The notes beneath the pieces were generated by a model that ran no database searches, was not told where the DNA came from, and saw nothing but the letters and a program-made list of their open reading frames with translations. Below are positions 1 to 12,400 of a DNA stretch of 64,000 nucleotides, one piece after another. Source of the stretch: Mytilus trossulus (lineage: Eukaryota); the NCBI RefSeq assembly GCF_036588685.1, contig NC_086374.1, positions 100,502,001 to 100,566,000 on the forward strand, written 5' to 3'. Both the position numbers and the translations under genes were made by a program. How positions within the stretch are numbered: position 1 is the first letter of the stretch; each line of letters opens with the position of its first letter.

Positions 1-477
1 CCATAAACACACCATTATTCTTTTGTAATTAGGACGGTAACAGAACCCAATCATATTTCAATTCCGTCAGACAAGGCCTTAGCTTGTATCTATTTATCAC
101 TTATATAAATTTACTCAGTGCAAAGAAAGATCTCTTTGACTTAATCCATGTATTTACAGAAAAACAGATTGAAAAATATCTTTGACAGAATTTTTGAAAA
201 ATTTCTAAATAATGGGATATGTAGAGATAAGTGCCTTTGATGTTGTTATTAGACTTTTTAAACAAATTACAGTGATAGTGAACACCTTCTTTCTCACTTA
301 CCCAAATATTTACAACGCTCCGTTGAATTAATTTAGAATAAGTTTCACTAAGCTATTTGTTTATATAATCAACATAATTTAAAAATATAAACAGGCGTTC
401 AATTCATCTATGCAACGAAAACCGAGGAACTGCTTTACGCAGCGGAGGAAATCCAGACTCGAAGCTGTGAAGAATTA

Positions 478-536
478 GGGTCACCAGAGGTCAAAACCGT
501 TGAAATGTGATTGGTTGAGTATTAAATGTGTCAGTT
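478..536 (+). promoter_or_regulatory. Putative Lox2 proximal promoter: DR4 (GGGTCA-ccag-AGGTCA 478-493), inverted CCAAT (ATTGG 510-514), initiator TCAGTT (531-536)
   Basis: Motifs read directly, 75-130 bp upstream of the first ATG. TCAGTT matches the protostome Inr TCAKTY. Confidence 0.55.
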
Positions 537-609
537 ATCTGTTGAAAGGGCTACAGGGTCCCTGAGACATCTCAAACAAATTTCTGGAACTGAAATAATA
601 TTTTCGTAG

Positions 610-1102
610 ATGGTGTCCTCACAACAAAACACTGTGGACGGCTCTCACACTTACAAACATTTTGGAATGAGCTCGTATTTGCCCTTACGACATACGGCGT
701 CGACGAGAGGTGATGATTTACATGGTACAACAGAAAATTCATCATACATGGATCATTTTTTGAACATCCCCGATATTTGTCCAACAGGGGCTGATTATAG
801 GTCCCAACGGTACTATATGGGATATAACCAGGCCGAAGCATGTCGTATGGAGGCTCTACAACGGACTCATGATCTCAGCCAAAGAATGGGTATGCACGCG
901 GGACGTCCATCGTTTTATCCCAATATGAGTGTTTCTGGGAATTTACGTTATAGGGAAACTTGTCCGGAAAATATTCCTACAAGTAATAATATAAATAATG
1001 GAACCAGTAAAGATCCAATTAGTCCGCTGACACCAGGGACCCCATCTGGAAATGAGGATGGTGAGCCACCACCACCGTTCTATCCGTGGATGTCAATTGT
1101 AG
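610..1102 (+). CDS. Lox2: Hox gene Lox2, coding exon 1 (N-terminal MSSY motif, hexapeptide FYPWM)
   Basis: The ORF 610-1107 contains MSSYL (ATG at 667, the typical Hox N-terminus) and PPPPFYPWMSIV. The donor G|GTTAGT at 1102/1103 is phase 1 and joins exon 2 in frame (G+GA = Gly). The start could be 610 (261 aa) or 667 (242 aa). Confidence 0.93.
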
Positions 1103-4100
1103 GTTAGTAGCCTTGTTTTATTTCATTTTACAAATAAAATACACATAAAACTAATGATTGGGCAGTAAACATGGATATATGACCCCTCATCTGGGAGATT
1201 GTTTGTCCAATATAGTTATAAAAATTGAGATAGAAACTTATTAATACAAATGTCAAAATGTATTATTTATTAGTGTCCGGAAAATAATAATAAAGATTTC
1301 TTAACCACAGAACATCAATTTTATCTTGCGGCATTTTTTAGATAAATTTTTCTAGTGCATAGTGATTTAAGGATAAACATGTATTTATTTTTACGATATG
1401 TTTACGTCCTTAAATTTATTGCTTGTATTTGATATTGAAAATTTTCTCTATTTTATTACAAAATTTATTACTAAGTAACGCTAGGTTTCAGATATCAAAT
1501 TCATTTCTGTTTGACATTTAGAACTTGTTCTATAAGCACAAGCATTTTCTTTTGCCATAACATTTTCTTTTTATTTCTTTTGCCCTCAGAAACCCTCAGA
1601 TACTCGGCAATAAAAATGCAATACAGGCATTAAATCAACGAACACTGTTGGTTTTATAGTTTTCAGAAATTTGTTCTCGTTTACAAGATAAAATTGTTTC
1701 TTGCTATTTTTCTACTTTTAAAAATACTAAAAAATAAACAATGAAACAAATTAGGTGAATATATTCTTTAAAATTTATTTTTTTGTAAATAAAGGTGGTG
1801 AAAAATGTAAATTGAAAATTACTGACTGTAGAAATTTCCCCTTAAATCATTTTGTAAATTGAGCAATGTTTCAGGGCAATAAAATATATGATCACTATGA
1901 ATATTTAATAGAAATTGTACCCGCATGTAACAAAAATAGCAATTAATTGTTGAAAATGGCGAGAATGATCAACTTAAGTGTTGTATCATCATTTCAACAA
2001 ATTTTAAAATTCAAATTTAATAATAAAGACATTTTAATGACAGAAATTACAAACGACGCTTCATTGTTAAACGTGTACTGCCTGTTAACCGAGAACTTCA
2101 CAATGAGTAACAAAAACATATAAAAATGAAATAAATTTCAAAATTCATTTTAGACAAAATAACCTAGTACAACTGAACAAGTTCTTTTACTGTAACTAGT
2201 GAATAACATTGCAAGTGAAGTATGGTACTAAATATTTCATGACGTCTCATGCGAATTTTTCTCTTGTAAAAAAATGACAAAGATTATTTTTTTGTTTTTC
2301 TGCTGTAATCATATAACAATAATTACATCTGATAACGACCAAAATGATTCAGCTTTTCACTCTCGAGTTGTTTCCCTTTTATTGTATTTTTTACCAGTTA
2401 TAACATTTGAACATCAACTTTTTTTGGCGAATTGCCTGATCAAAATAAAGATAAAATCACACGAAAAGTTAAAATTAAAAACAATTAACGCCTGTATTAA
2501 ATTATAAAGTTTAAAAGGTAAAATATGTGACCCTTTGAAATTAGAACATTGAACAAGATCGTTGTTTAAGCAACACTATTTAGGTTTAGTAAATATAGGC
2601 TAAAAGATATTTCAGTCAGACAAAAAAGTAACAAAAAATCGCCGAGGTTTGAGAAGTTGAGTCTAGACAGATAGCTATGGATTAATTCATTTTGTGATGT
2701 AAAAGTTTAACTGCATATTTTTGAGATTAAAATGTTTAATTGCCATTACACTGCTCACAGTCAAATATCTTTCATCAAAAGCGAACTTTCTGCAAAATTT
2801 TTAACAGGAATCCAATGATCATTGAAGTTCTTTGTATAAAACAGTGACTCAAAAGTTATAAATGAAACATTGAAAGAAGGAAAAACATTTAGTTTATTCA
2901 ACACTCTTTAGAAAAAAATATTTTTAAATTTAATAAATATCTATTGATTGATTGTTGGTTGCTTTACGCCGCATTATCACAAAAAAGGCTATATATCTAT
3001 ATTAGTTCATTAAGGCTACCTATAGGATAAAAAGGATTATTTTTTCCCCTTCAAATTAAAGCATAAAAATTGTCTCAAGTTTTCAAAATTAGTTTGTTGT
3101 GTATATGTAAAAAAAAATCAAGATTTTAAATTATCCTTACACAAAATATCAATTAGATCTTATTCACCCTTTTACAAGTTATTATGGTCATTGTCAAGAA
3201 ATACAAAATATCATTCAAATAATTTTTGAACTTGAAAAAACCACAAAGAAAATATTGTTGAAAGTTTGAATAGGGTTATACAAACGTGATAATCCGTGAC
3301 GTATTATGGCTGTCCAACAAAATGAGAAAATAATCAACTGTTTAATAGGTAGTGCTGTATAAATCTCAAAGATCCACAACCAAAACTATTAAATACTCAT
3401 TATTCCTGACAGGATTTGATGGCGGATCAAACTAATTCATAAAAATACGAACCATCATTAAACACAATTATATTAATGTCAGATCACAATAAATTTATTT
3501 GTATTATTTAATAGCTGCTTCGTGATACCTCAAAAAGGATTTTGGGTATGTTTGTTTTTTGTTCCTGAAGTTGAGCACTTTGTTGATAGCCCGATGATTT
3601 GTTTCAGTTCAATTGGAAAACAAAAATATTTATTTGTTATAAGTCAGCCTCTAGTCAAGCTCTATAAAATTAATTTGCAAATATATGAACATTAAATTTT
3701 TTATGTTTTTTTTTAATTTAAGATATTGTACAAAATATATGGAAAATATAAAGAGACAGTTAATCGTTAAAAGATTAAAAGAAGTTGAAATGAATAAATA
3801 TTCTAGATTTGTGTGTGTCATAGGGTTGCTGTCACTGACATATACCCTGTACTCTTTTATTTTTACATGTTTAAAATTGCCCATTGATACTTAGGTATGT
3901 GAAAACATAACTCTAACGTGAAATACTTATACTAAATTAGATTTATAAATTTCTATAACTCATTACAAAATATATTGCGAATTCATTTTAAAAGAAAATA
4001 CAAATATATGTAACCGAAGAGTATTTTTATTTATAAGCTTTTCTTCATTTTGGGGAACAAGGTTGGTTAAATCATTTTGTAAACACAAAACTAAACCAAT

Positions 4101-7100
4101 TTAGAGCTTGACATATGAGTGGTCAATTGTCTATTGTTGGAAACCGTATGTTGACTTTTTGATGTTTTAGTTGGTTGGTTGTTGTAATTTGGCGTCTACC
4201 CCACACCTCATAATAGGTAGAACCTTCAGACTGATACAATATTTAAATGCAGAAGATGGACAAGTCTCCTTTGTTGTCAAATCATACACAACAGCGAAAA
4301 GAAGACTAGATACATTCTTATTGTGAAGTATAAAATTTTGGGGTTTTAAGCATGTTCTGTTTTGAATTGATTATCTATCGGTTTAAGGCGCCTTTTTTGT
4401 CAACTTTTATCGTTTGTTTGGTTGTTACTGAAGACTTACCAAGACTGCTTTATTAACTTGCTTTAGGAACTTTTTGAAAGAAAAATGTGAATTTTCTTGT
4501 ATCGTATACCTTACAAAGCGATCCTTATAAACGAAGGGGAAAAAATATTTGTAAAAAAAAATCACTGCTACACTAAAATATTTGAATCGAGATTAAGTTT
4601 AAAAACACAAAAAACTTTACAGGTTTGCCTAAAATGAGGATTAGTTGTTTAAAATTCTTAAAGGGGATTCTGTTCATCAAACGTTAAGATATTCAAATCA
4701 ACTATTGAGTTGTGTGTTAAAATGCAAATCAATCCATGTATTTCCACCAAGAAAAGCAGACTAACTCATATCATACACATTACCCATTTATTTTATATCA
4801 AATATGAAATTATAACTAACTCCTGTAAAGGCTTTAATTTCATTTTCGTCCGATTCAATGTAAGTAAAATTATCTAGCCGTATAACTTTACAGAATAAAT
4901 AAGAGTAAAATAGATTGTTATTACTTCCTTGGTCGCATTTTAGATTTAGAATGAAATCAAATTGTACCATGATTGAAAAGTTTAATCTTAAATAATATGA
5001 ATTCATTTGATTTTTCAAAACTTTTTTCATTCGGTCACCATGTTTTTAAATCTTTATATTGAATAAGAGAAACAATAGTATATGAATTCCGTCCGAAGTG
5101 CTTTTTCTGGATTTACCATTGTGGCACCATCATGAACCCTTAGAAAGCAAAGGATGTACAATTACCGAAACAGTAGAAAAGCTATGAAACAACAATGCCC
5201 TTTTAAAAGGCAAATCCACTAAATGTCCTTGCCTGAGGGAGTTACAACCTCAGTTTCTTTATGATAAGATTGAAGGACAGCTTTATACTTTTGGGTTTGA
5301 AGTGTACCAATAGAAAATGGGGGACGAATGAAGAGAATCAAAATTAAGAAATAATTAAAAGCGCTTTCATGAAAATTATATTCAAATTCAAATATTTTAT
5401 TGGACAAAGCACATATGATACAATGCGTATTCCAAGATATAATCAATTATATAGTACCTTCTAATGTAACCTCCTTAGTTCAACTTTTAATAATTATTAA
5501 GGAAAGGAAAGAGTATAGGGAAGGGGTCAAATGATATTAAACATTAATTCCGATTATACAATCTTTTATTTTAAAATTATATTTTTCTTGTTAAAGTAAC
5601 TTCTAGCAAATATTGTGGAAATGTACATCGCCAACACGAATTGGTACCTTTAGAGTAGTTCAATTTGCAACTCCAATATGCTTACTTATTCAGTCAAAAC
5701 TTCGAATTGGTTTGCAAAAATATTCAGACTCCCAGGACCTACGTAAAGATATTTGGTTGCGCGGGATCTATTAATTCTTTGTTAAAAGAAAAAGATAACT
5801 ATTAATTCAAGTTTTTTTTAGAAATTTTCTCCTCTGCAAATGCTGTTTTTACAGATTTGAAATTGTACTTTACCTTTCTAAGGATTTAATTTCATACCCT
5901 TCTGATTCAATGTAAGTAAAAACATCTCACCGTATGCCTTTCGAGTAAATCAAAGTAATTATTTTTTACAATTACTTATAACCAGATTTAGACTTAACTC
6001 GACCTGGCATTAACTTGACCCGCAACGGTGATAAACATTACATATCGACAAGTCGATCAATCGACCAATTTCTTAGTTACTAGTAACAATCTTATCAAGC
6101 AAGCTTGCAATTCATCTGTCCTCTCTGAATAATTCCATGAAACATTTCTATATTTTCTATTAACATTATTGTAATTGTTTGTTCTCTCTGGACAATCTGA
6201 CTTCCTCCACCAATGACAACTGACCGCAATGAAATAGCATAGTAGTGCTGAAAGTGGTGTTAAACAACACATAATCAATCAATTAACAATTATCATTTCG
6301 AATCAAGTTAACAACTTGTAATGAACAGTAAACTTGAATTCTTTGATATGAGCCACTTTAAACTTTCTGGGTCTTGAAAAACATTTATGTAACTTCGAAC
6401 AGGGGTTTGTCTTTCTATGAACATTGTATGATAACGTGTATCTGCAATTGTGACTTTTAGCATACAATTTGCTTTAACTGTTTTCAAATTAAATTGACTA
6501 GTTATCATCTTTAATGTTAGTTAGTCAGTATAGCAATAGTACGTCTTCATTGAACTAGTGACTGGTCACAGAAGTACAGAAATTATATAAGATATTAGGC
6601 TTTCTTTGATTAATTCTTGAGTGACAATTTTCTACGTTTCAGTACTTTATTAAAAATTGTGAAAACGGTTATAATCACAGAGAAACATTGTGATCTTTGA
6701 TGAGCTGTCTGAAATATATAACTTTTTGCTTCAAATGTTTAGGAGCCTCGGTCTATACCTCTCTTGTTTAGATCTTTCTGTTATATCTGGACTTCCGTTT
6801 CCTTTGGTTCATCTTTCAACCAACTAGTCTGGACACATTTTGTCTAACTTGTCTTTAAGTAACCATCTGTTTCATGACCATGCGTTTATCTCAATATTTA
6901 AAAAAAAATGAACGTTTCAGCATATACCCGGTATAAGAATGAACACACATCTTAAGTCCTTTGGACAACACAAGACAGACACAACTGAACAAGACAAGGA
7001 AATATTAATAAACAACATACAACTGTTTTCTTGTCTTTGGTCGGGTTGTTGTCTCTTTGATTCAATCCCCATTTCTATTCTCAATCTTTACAATAGAAAA

Positions 7101-8502
7101 TAAATAAATGCAAGCAAATTCCAATAATAAAAGCCAAGCCGCATTGCCAGCATGTAGTCGTATCACGTGATCCGGAAGGGCTATCTTAGTCTCTAAACAT
7201 TGACCATAGCACTTCCTGTTTCTTCTAAACAATTGTTTTATCTTGGTTTTCCAGAAGTCTCATATACGTTATATGCTTAGCCATCAGATATATGAGTCAT
7301 TCTAGAAATTGAAAAGCAAGAAAAAGCTTTTGACTTGTATGTGTCAATTAACTGTCAAGCGTCATGTAACTGTTTCGTGTTTCATTCATAGAGATGAAGT
7401 AATTTGACATCCGTTTTAAACGTAGTGAGAATGGCGTTTTAGGCAAAGAGATAATTATATGGATTGCATCTTTTTTCTATGAAAGATATGGTTACCATAG
7501 AGATAATTTAGAAAATATGCCTAGAGGATAGTGTTCAATATTTTCCTAAAGAAAATTAGGTTTTCGAGGCAAAAAAAGCAAACTGAGCTTACGTAAATTG
7601 TAATTACACATTTCCGTGATGTTTTGGTAAAAAAGCTAAAATCATCCACACAAGGTTGACAAAGCATTTTCTTGAAAACTGATCTTGTTTTAAAATGAAA
7701 TGCATAATTATAGTTTTCCTGAAATCTTACAAATCGATTCATACATTTTATACCATAAAATATGTCTATGATTTCCTTTAGTCAGATTTATAAAAAGAAA
7801 ACAAGTTGAAATCCATGTCAACGAACAAAAAATATCAAATAATATATTTTCTCAGGGATATAAAACTTATCTTTGGTTGTGAAGACATTTTGGGTCTGTT
7901 ATGGTCTTCTGATAGTCTTTGTAGGTGATCATTAAGGTCTATCTATATTTCATACTTTTATTGCAATCATATGAAATTTTCAGCATAATGGCAATCACTT
8001 AAACCAGTACATTTGGAGGCGGTTGAAAAAAAAAAGATAAGAAATGGACATGAAAGCAAACTAAAACTAGCTAAAAAGACTCGCACATAAAGTTGCTTTC
8101 AAATCGTTTGATAAATTTAACTTTGTTATCGAATATGAAATGTTAGCAATATAGTTTCAACTTTTTCGAGACTTCTTCAGATTTAATGTCAACCGTTGTA
8201 TGTTAACTTTTTCGGGATTTCGTTAGATAAGATAAGATAAGATAAATTTTATTTTCCAAATTAGGTCCCCAGGGGGGCATATACACATAACATATATGAT
8301 TGATACAACATACAGTATTTTACATAACATTGTAAAATAAACTATTGAAATAGTCATACAGGTATTATTTGTTAAATAAAAAAGTATTTGAGAGTTGCTA
8401 CTCCAGAGATGTGGCAAACCCCATTTTTTTTCTCACTTGATTTTATAATATTTTGCTGAAAATGTATAAATATAAAATATAAAAAAATAAATGATTGTTT
8501 AG

Positions 8503-8580
8503 CTGCAACAGACACCAAGGGACGATGCTCTAGGATTGTGATCTTAAAAGCTCTAACAATCCTCCTCGTATCTGATGCAG
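8503..8580 (-). ncRNA. Structured RNA motif in LINE 3'UTR, copy A
   Basis: Minus strand: CUGC-AU-CAGAUAC-GAGG-AGGAUUGU-loop-ACAAUCCU-AGAGCAUCGUC-CCUUG-GUGUCUG-UU-GCAG. Confidence 0.6.
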
Positions 8581-8674
8581 AAAAACAAACACAAATGAAA
8601 AAAGTTTATGTATATTCACAGCAAATAACATATACTGCAGTAAACAGGTATTGAGAATAGTGTAGGTTTCCCTA

Positions 8675-8746
8675 CTGCAACAGACACCAAGGGGCGGTAC
8701 TCAAGGAGCTGTGGTATTTACACAGTCCTCCTCGTGTCTGAAGCAG
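8675..8746 (-). ncRNA. Structured RNA motif in LINE 3'UTR, copy B
   Basis: Minus strand: CUGC-UU-CAGACAC-GAGG-AGGACUGUG-loop-CACAGCUCCU-UGAGUACCGCC-CCUUG-GUGUCUG-UU-GCAG. Confidence 0.6.
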
Positions 8747-8763
8747 ACAAGAAGGCCACATAA

Positions 8764-9423
8764 TTAACAATTTTTCGAAATAAATTTACATGCAGCAGTG
8801 AGAATAGACTTATCTTCTGTGTTCATAAGCCATATCAGTTTATCTCTTGCGTTAAGAGTTAAAAAGTTGGGGCAACTTTTAGTTATCTCTTGAAATAGAT
8901 GATTGCGGTCATCATTAAATTTAACACATTGGAATAAAAAATGATATTCATCCTCCACATCTCCGGAGTTACAACGAGTACAAGTTCTGTCATTTAGGAG
9001 AGTACCCTGATACCTTCCAGACTCAATTCTTAAGTGGTGTGATGAAATTCTGAGCTTTGTTAAGCTTCGTCTCTGTTCAAAATTCCCAATAATGGAAAGA
9101 TATTTTTCTCTTCCAAAAACTGATTTAAATGTAACATAAGTTCTAAGTTTACCATCTGAATGCTTTACCAATTCAGTGTTCCACAAGTCTATAAAATATG
9201 ATTTTAATATTTTTTTCATATTAACTTTGAAGCTATTAATTTTTGGTAATGGTGAAGATAGATGATTGATGTCTGGGATCATTTCAAGAATTGACTTCAT
9301 AGAGCCATACCAAGATGTTTTTTTTGAGTGAGAAAGATTCTGTGATGTTACATAAGCATCTTTAAGAAGAGAAAATTGGGAATCAAGATTTTCCAAGCGA
9401 TACCAGTAATTTAACATGGATTT
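8764..9423 (-). pseudogene. LINE ORF2 C-terminal fragment (post-RT region with CCHC zinc knuckle)
   Basis: KLRTY..FK..FGREKYL...LRISSHHLRIESGRY...CTRC....EDEYHFLFQC. No stops in about 220 codons, but 5'-truncated. The 9441 start in the ORF track lies in the flanking minisatellite. Confidence 0.85.
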
Positions 9424-12400
9424 GTTAGATCTGAATGTCAACCGTTGTATGTTTACTTTTTCGGGATTTCGTTAGATCTGAATGTCAACCGTTGTATGTT
9501 TACTTTTTCGGGATTTCGTTAGATCTGAATGTCATCCGTTATATGTAGGCCACCAGCCAAGATGCTACTCTGCTGGTAAAACTGTAAATCAGATCCAATA
9601 TCCATAATTGCGTATTTTTTGACGTTGTAAAGCAAGAAAAGCCTTCGGCGACAACAAGGAACTTTACTCCTGTACACAATTTTTGCCCATAAATCTGCGA
9701 GATCAAAACTAATGCCCGCATGACAAGTCTTTTCCAATATATTTCTTCGGAATTGACACAAACGCAAGATGAATACAACGGAAAATCATAAAGATTTCGT
9801 AATATTTTTGATTTACTAGGCTAGAATGTATATTGATTGTACAAGAAATGAGAAAAGGAGAAACATATCCAACTATAGCAGTCATCACGTGACTTTTGTG
9901 ACGTCACACATCACCCGTATCAAGCCCAAGTAAATTGTATAGAAATGCATAGGGGCTTTCTGGAATCGATGAAATACATTACTTTAAATTCATGATACTA
10001 AAAGTGTGGGTCTTTGTAGTAATTCCTCATATATTTAGAAATAACAATATTCCTTTTGGAATAGTTTAAATTTTGATCTTCTCCCTTCCAAATGCTTTTG
10101 AAAATTTGTCTTGTTGTCTCGATAGTTCACACTGTTAAATCATACAACTACGATAACTATTGGATTTTCTGTCGTCTTTAGCCTTAAATTGCGATTTAAA
10201 CAAAACAGATGGAATAATTGTGGGTCTTTGTGCTTATTATTATATTCATAAATATTTGAAATATCGTATAAAGAATAGTTTAATTTTCTAGTATGTCCCT
10301 TCCAAATTGATTTGAAAATAAGCTATTTTCAGAAAATCTGCTATTATTTTTCAAGATGGCGACCAGATTGACAGCGTGGGGCGACATGGTAAAAATATAA
10401 TTTGTACGATTTTTACAATGAAAATTAAATAACTGTTGGATGCTCGCGTTTTCAGTCACTGTCTTACCTTAAAGCAGCATGTAATCGAACATTGGTTCCT
10501 TTTTATCAAGCTTAAACATGCTGTTGTTATTTTTATAAAACTTTGAAAAAATGGCGAACAAATAATTTTCAAACGTAGAGGATGTTCGACACTTATTTTG
10601 TTAATGCACATAATTCAATTTATTTTCACTGTTTATATTGCAATTAAATATGACACGTTATTGTAACTATAGGAATAGCCTTAGATATAGCTAGATTAAG
10701 GAGATATTAATTAAGTCATAACATCAACGTGATCAAAGAAAACAAACATGGCACCTAATCACGATGTAAGTTTTGACAATACCCATGTAGATGCATGCTT
10801 TGACAATACCTATGCCGGTTAGTGATGTCCGATTATCAATGAAATTCTTTGCAATATTATTTTATATTCATAAAAGAAGACATCGAATGGATATAAACCG
10901 AGGTGAACTAAATATATTTTTCAATTTTCTTTAAATAATTCATCAGGTAACCAGTAAAAAAATCCTAAATGAACCAGTCACATGCAGAGTTATCGAACGT
11001 AATTATGACTGTAATAGTTGCATATGGCTAGAAAATTGACCACAACATAATATTTATTGACAAATGACTATAAATCATGTACATATGGCGAGGAATGAAT
11101 ATTTAACTGATTGCTGCAACGACGGACAGAATATTGACAATTCAAATTTGTTTTCAATGGCTAGCTTCCCACGTTTTGAAGATCGTTTTGCAGATTTGTT
11201 TGTCTAATTTTAATGAAGTATCCAAACTTATTTATTTTTTAATTGTTGTTCCTGAAAGTTTTACAACCCAAAACAATTTACTTCAAAGTTGCAACAATTA
11301 GTAAGAGTCATATTCATGTTGAAGATTTCGTAGTTTCTTTTCTGTTAAATGTGTAAATATGTTTCTGCAAGTTTAAATTGCCCCAGGTTATGTATTTTTG
11401 AAACATTAGTTTTAAGTTTAATCTTAGAATAAGTCCAAACTTGACTTTTGAGCAATATAGTTTCAACTAATGGATGCCATAATTTTCTAAACTGGAAAAC
11501 GAAGTCGGGATTCAACCGATTTTACGAGCCTGATGAGATCATTGTTATATCTAACTAAGAACTTCAAACAATTTTACTGCGGACAGGTGTGAACAAACAG
11601 GTGTGCTCTAATAGCAGTTTTATGCCTAAGTTTACGAGTAGCTTATTTCGTCAAGTATAATTTTATGTCCCATTCTCGCATATTTCTCACTAGTAACTGT
11701 AATGACCGCCATAATAATTACAATCACTTATGCATTCTTAAGATTAGAAATATGCAAGAATTGGACAACCATTATCTCTAAAATGAATATGTTTTTCGTT
11801 ATTCCTATTATCATCGGAAAAGTACATCAAACTTTATTGCTCGAGTGACCATAAAAAGGACATAAAGGGACTTAATCCGGTCACAATTCCGGTATTTGTA
11901 ATCCAAAAGTAAACAAGTTTGTCATTCCTCGATTTCCATACGTCATGCTTGTGTAATGTTTTGGCATAATTCGACCATTTGTCACCGTCAAAAGTCCGAG
12001 TAACCCACACGTGCAGGTGTGAAAAAGGTCGTTTCTTTCAATAAGGTCAAATAGATAATCTTGAGGAACAAATCTTAAAAATACATTAAAAGAACGGAAG
12101 GTGAAATTTTTAAACTTTCAATCAGGACATTTATAAAACCGTTACTAGTGACTAACCTCGTAGTCTCGTGATATTTTTAATGAAAATGTTAAGATTTTCT
12201 GTGTGTGGGGGAGGTAAAAGAGACAGAAAACATTTATCTTTACACTTCGAGTGACAATTCTTTTTATTTGTGTGTTACAGGCATATTTCATCTACAAATA
12301 TATTGCTTTAGGCATGTAGAATAAAACCAGAACATCCTGAGATACCATTATTTCGAGATGGCCAATGGCCACAAACTTTAGTCTGTCCATTTTCTCAAAT

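Larger units (their letters stand above)
8229..9423 (-). mobile_element. 5'-truncated non-LTR retrotransposon (LINE, RTE-X-like), antisense in the Lox2 intron
   Basis: Open ORF2 C-terminus, ~530-nt 3'UTR and a (TTATC)n tail at 8229-8245. A 7-bp TSD GTTAGAT lies at 8222-8228 and 9424-9430. Clade assignment is from motif recollection. Confidence 0.85.
8175..9546. repeat. 47-bp minisatellite (units at ~8175-8228, 9425-9471, 9472-9518, partial to 9546) split by the LINE
   Basis: The unit ttagatctgaatgtcaaccgttgtatgtttactttttcgggatttcg is present on both sides of the insertion. Confidence 0.9.

Noticed and set aside
551-559. CTACAGGGT complementary to miR-10 nt 2-10
   Set aside because: It is a single site in the 5' leader, not the 3'UTR, and could be chance.
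557-569. DPE-like GGTCC / AGACA downstream of the Inr
   Set aside because: Neither sits at +28 to +32 from the Inr A (533).
572-841. 89-aa minus-strand ORF overlapping Lox2 exon 1
   Set aside because: It is an antisense shadow of the coding exon with no recognisable motif.
11530-11556. CTGATGA followed by a short GAT/ATC stem
   Set aside because: No GAAA or stems I/III, so it is not a hammerhead.
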